From assembly GCA_963773065.1 (NCBI GenBank), contig CAVYZN010000014.1, positions 1 through 64,000 of the forward strand: a stretch of 64,000 bases of DNA, written 5' to 3'. The stretch is from an uncultured Gammaproteobacteria bacterium. Lineage in GTDB: Bacteria > Pseudomonadota > Gammaproteobacteria > UBA9214. Shown in pieces: positions 58,012-64,000 of this stretch. Positions within the stretch are counted from its first letter, which is position 1. Every line of letters begins with the position of its first letter. Below the pieces are notes generated by a model that was not told the origin of the DNA, did not search any database, and worked only from the letters and a program-made list of their open reading frames with translations. Made by a program: the position numbers and the translations under genes.

Positions 58012-58722
58012 ATGACGGCTGCTGCTGAGCCGGGCATGATATCCATCATCATGCCGGTGCTGAACGAGGCCGGCGGCATCGTGGACACGCTCGAGGCATT
58101 GCAGGGCATGCGCCGGCGTGGCCACGAGATCATCGTGGTCGATGGCGGCAGCACCGACAACACCTGGCAATTGTGCGCGCCGCTGGCTGACCGGATCATC
58201 CCTGCGGCCACCGGCCGTGCCAGGCAGATGCAGGCCGGCGCCGCGCTGGCCCGTGGTTCGGTGTTGTGGTTTCTTCATGCCGACACGCGGGCGCCCCAGG
58301 ACGCGGATCGGGCCATCGGCGAATCGCTCGGCTGTCGGCAATCGCCGGTGGGGACGTTTCGACGTGCGCTTCCCGCAAAACGGCCCGGTGCTCAGGCGCC
58401 GTTGCGGCCCTGATGAATCTGCGTTCCCGGCTGACAGGGATCGCTACCGGTGACCAGGGTATATTCGTTACCCGCGAGCTGTTCGATCGTGTCAACGGGT
58501 TCCCGCAAATTCCGCTGATGGAGGACATCGCGCTCAGCCGCCTGCTGAAACACGACTCACGGCCTGTCTGCCTGCATGACAAGCTCTCCACCTCCGCGCG
58601 CCGCTGGCAGGAGCACGGCACCCTGCGCACCATCCTGGTCATGTGGTCGCTGCGGCTGGCCTATTTCCTCGGTGTGTCACCCGTGCGGCTGGCACACTTT
58701 TACGAGACTCGACCGGGCATGA
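58012..58722 (+). CDS. Family 2 glycosyltransferase associated with ArsS (TIGR04283 type; frameshifts)
   Basis: ISIIMPVLNE, VDGGSTD, GRARQM, FLHAD, TGDQGIF, PLMEDI. Confidence 0.85.
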
Positions 58723-59373
58723 AATATCCGGCCTCACGCCTGCTCGTCTTCACCAGGGCGCCGCTGCGCAGGACAGGTCAAGACCCGGCTGATACCCCAG
58801 CTTGGCGCGCAGGGCGCGGCCGATTTTCACGCCCGTCTGATACACCGCTGTCTGGAGACCGTCACACGGGCCGCCTTGTGCCCGGTCGAACTGTGGTGCA
58901 GCCCGTCGCGGGAGAGCCGTTTTTCCAGGCCTGCCGGGAACGCCATGCCATGGAACTGCATGATCAGGCGTTGGGCGATCTCGGGGAACGCATGCACGCC
59001 GCCCTGAGTTCGGCCCTTGGGCGGGCCGAGTCAGCCGTCCTCATCGGAACCGACATACCGTCGCTGGACGCAGCCGATCTCGATGCGGCATTCCAGGCGC
59101 TGCAACAGGGCAAGGATGCCGTCGTGGGACCGGCCCGTGATGGCGGCTATTACCTGATCGGGTTGAAGCATGCCAATCGGCGGCTGTTCGACCAGATGCC
59201 CTGGGGAACTCCGGCCGTCTTTCAGGAGACAGCCACGCGTCTGCGGCAGCTTGAGCATGGATTGGCTGCGCCTGCGTGAGCACGGGGATGTGGATACGCC
59301 GGAAGACTTTCGCCGCCTTCCCGAATCCTTCAGAATAGCCGCCGGCTCAGGCGATACCGCATCGAGCGGTTAA
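58719..59373 (+). CDS. DUF2064 glycosyltransferase associated with ArsS (TIGR04282 type; frameshifts)
   Basis: LLVFTRAP, GDLGERM, LIGTDIP, GPARDGGYYLIG, DVDTPED. Confidence 0.85.
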
Positions 59374-59545
59374 CGCCGACTGGCCAGGATCGGCAAATAA
59401 AAAAATAATTGTCGTTCCATGGGTCAAATTAACCGCGGTGGCTGGCAAAATAGCGCATCTTGTTCTATAAAAAGCGGTATGATCAGTCAATAATATCAAG
59501 GACTTTTGTACATTTTTTGAAACCATACCTTTAAGGAGTTAGGCA

Positions 59546-60055
59546 ATGAGGAGACTTTATTTTCTGCTGCCAGGCATCGATAGCGCGAAGACCATCGTGG
59601 ATGAACTCCTGCTGGCCCGCATCGAGGAACGGCATATCCATATCGCCGCCGCTGACCATCATGCCCTGTCGGAGGCCCATTTGCCGGAAGCTAACCTGCT
59701 GCAGGAAAGCGACTTTGTCCCGGCGGTGGAGCGGGGTCTCGCGATCGGCGGGGCTACCGGTGTCGTGGCAGGCATCGCGGCGATCACCTTCGGCGGCTTG
59801 GCCCTGGCGGGCGGCGCGATACTCGGCATCGGTCTGGCGGGTGCGGGCGTTGGCGCCTGGATCTCCGGCATGATCGGCGTCTCGGCGCCCAGTTCACGGC
59901 TGAAGGAATTTGAGGCGGCGATTGAAAAGGGCAGCCTGATGATGATGGTGGATGTGCCCAAGGCCCGCGTGGAAGAAATCACGATGCTGGTCAAGTCGCA
60001 CCATCCCGAGGCCGAAATCGAGGGCACCGAGCCGGTCATCCCGGCCTTCCCGTAA
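59546..60055 (+). CDS. DUF1269-like glycine-rich membrane protein
   Basis: MRRLYFLLP..., central glycine zipper; RBS AAGGAG. Confidence 0.7.
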   Translation: MRRLYFLLPGIDSAKTIVDELLLARIEERHIHIAAADHHALSEAHLPEANLLQESDFVPAVERGLAIGGATGVVAGIAAITFGGLALAGGAILGIGLAGAGVGAWISGMIGVSAPSSRLKEFEAAIEKGSLMMMVDVPKARVEEITMLVKSHHPEAEIEGTEPVIPAFP

Positions 60056-60103
60056 ACCGCTTTCGGTTTTGGTATGGTACGGCCGGCAGACGCCTGTGTT
60101 CTG

Positions 60104-60652
60104 CTACAGATACAGGCGCCTGATTTCCTCGTCCGGCTCGCTGCGTTCCCATACCTCCATGAAGTACTTCTCCCAATCCGCCACCTTGCCGGGATCATGG
60201 AAGTTGGCGGTGCCTTCGTAGCGGCTGGCTATCGGCCGATGCAGGTAGCCGCAGCCGTCCGCCAGCAGCAATGATTCGTGGAAGTTGCGGTATTGCGGTC
60301 CGGGACGACGCAACTGGATGGCGGAACTCAGGCGCCGGGCGATCTCGATCAGGCGATGGCCGTGCTGCACGACCTTGCGGGCATCGTGAAGCAGGATCCA
60401 GATGCGCGACTGGCTGTGCGTGCGAGCCAGCCGGCTGACCGCATCCAGAAACGCGGCTTCATCGTAGATGGCGGGTTCGAGGTCCTCGGTGTGCAGCAGC
60501 AGGGTGCGCTGCGCCTGGGCGGCCAGCGCGTGCGCCACCGCGCAGGCCTCATGCTGTCTTTCAATCTCGAACTCCAGGCTGGAAACACCGAGGCGCAGAT
60601 CATCGAGATTGAGTTGTACGGCCGTGGTCTTGCCGTGTTCTGGCTGGTCCAT
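60104..60652 (-). CDS. Conserved hypothetical protein usually found next to a GNAT gene
   Basis: DLEPAIYD...RIWILLHD...HGHRLIEIARRLSS. Confidence 0.7.
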   Translation of the reverse strand: MDQPEHGKTTAVQLNLDDLRLGVSSLEFEIERQHEACAVAHALAAQAQRTLLLHTEDLEPAIYDEAAFLDAVSRLARTHSQSRIWILLHDARKVVQHGHRLIEIARRLSSAIQLRRPGPQYRNFHESLLLADGCGYLHRPIASRYEGTANFHDPGKVADWEKYFMEVWERSEPDEEIRRLYL

Positions 60653-60669
60653 AATCTACACCCGCTGTT

Positions 60670-60801
60670 TCACTTGTTTTCATTATTGCTGGTAATGAGC
60701 GTTTTCGCCATTATCAGGTGCTCGATACCGGCTTCGGTGTAGGGCCGGCCTTGTTCCCGGAATCCCGCCTTGCGGTAAAAACCGGCGACCGCGCACTGCG
60801 C
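60670..60801 (-). pseudogene. C-terminal remnant of an ElaA/YjcF-type GNAT acetyltransferase
   Basis: AQCAVAGFYRKAGFREQGRPYTEAGIEHLIM with no start codon, directly after the purB stop. Confidence 0.7.
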
Positions 60802-60808
60802 AAGACCA

Positions 60809-64000
<3,192 letters not shown>

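Noticed and set aside
58266-59279. Apparent in-frame fusion of the two glycosyltransferases
   Set aside because: One fewer G in CCGGGCATGA gives the usual ATGA stop/start overlap; the region is full of indels

Overview
High-GC gammaproteobacterial chromosome segment, probably from a sulfur-storing chemolithotroph (sulfur globule protein, group 3d hydrogenase hoxFUYHW, fixABCX). Many housekeeping genes are broken by single-base indels, most simply explained as uncorrected long-read errors. The backbone carries mgtA, fixABCX plus a ferritin-like gene, a GltD/FNR-like fused oxidoreductase, an SLC13 permease, a GGDEF protein, mfd-csiV, purine salvage genes, nagZ, ABC permeases, hox, uppP, aroF, aguAB, dusA, an arsS/glycosyltransferase cluster, purB and acnA. 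An accessory region of about 17 kb (26.3-43.2 kb) contains: (i) a decayed defence locus (short inactive prokaryotic Argonaute, hsdR N-terminal stub, DUF3800 stub); (ii) two near-identical copies of a 1.6-kb element without terminal inverted repeats, bounded by CTA, whose 508-aa protein has Rep_trans-like motifs; (iii) a nested IS1634 > IS21 > 47-bp mini-insert; (iv) a sulfur globule gene; (v) a 5-kb cassette bounded by 127-bp inverted repeats, each a putative promoter plus the 5' half of tRNA-Gly(CCC). The cassette encodes a cohesin-like protein with a VPLPA/PEP-CTERM-type anchor next to a secreted NxxGxxAF-repeat protein whose TSP3/dockerin tail has been split off by an ISL3. This candidate cellulosome-like surface-display module is the most interesting feature. 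All family calls come from motif recognition by eye; no database searches were run.
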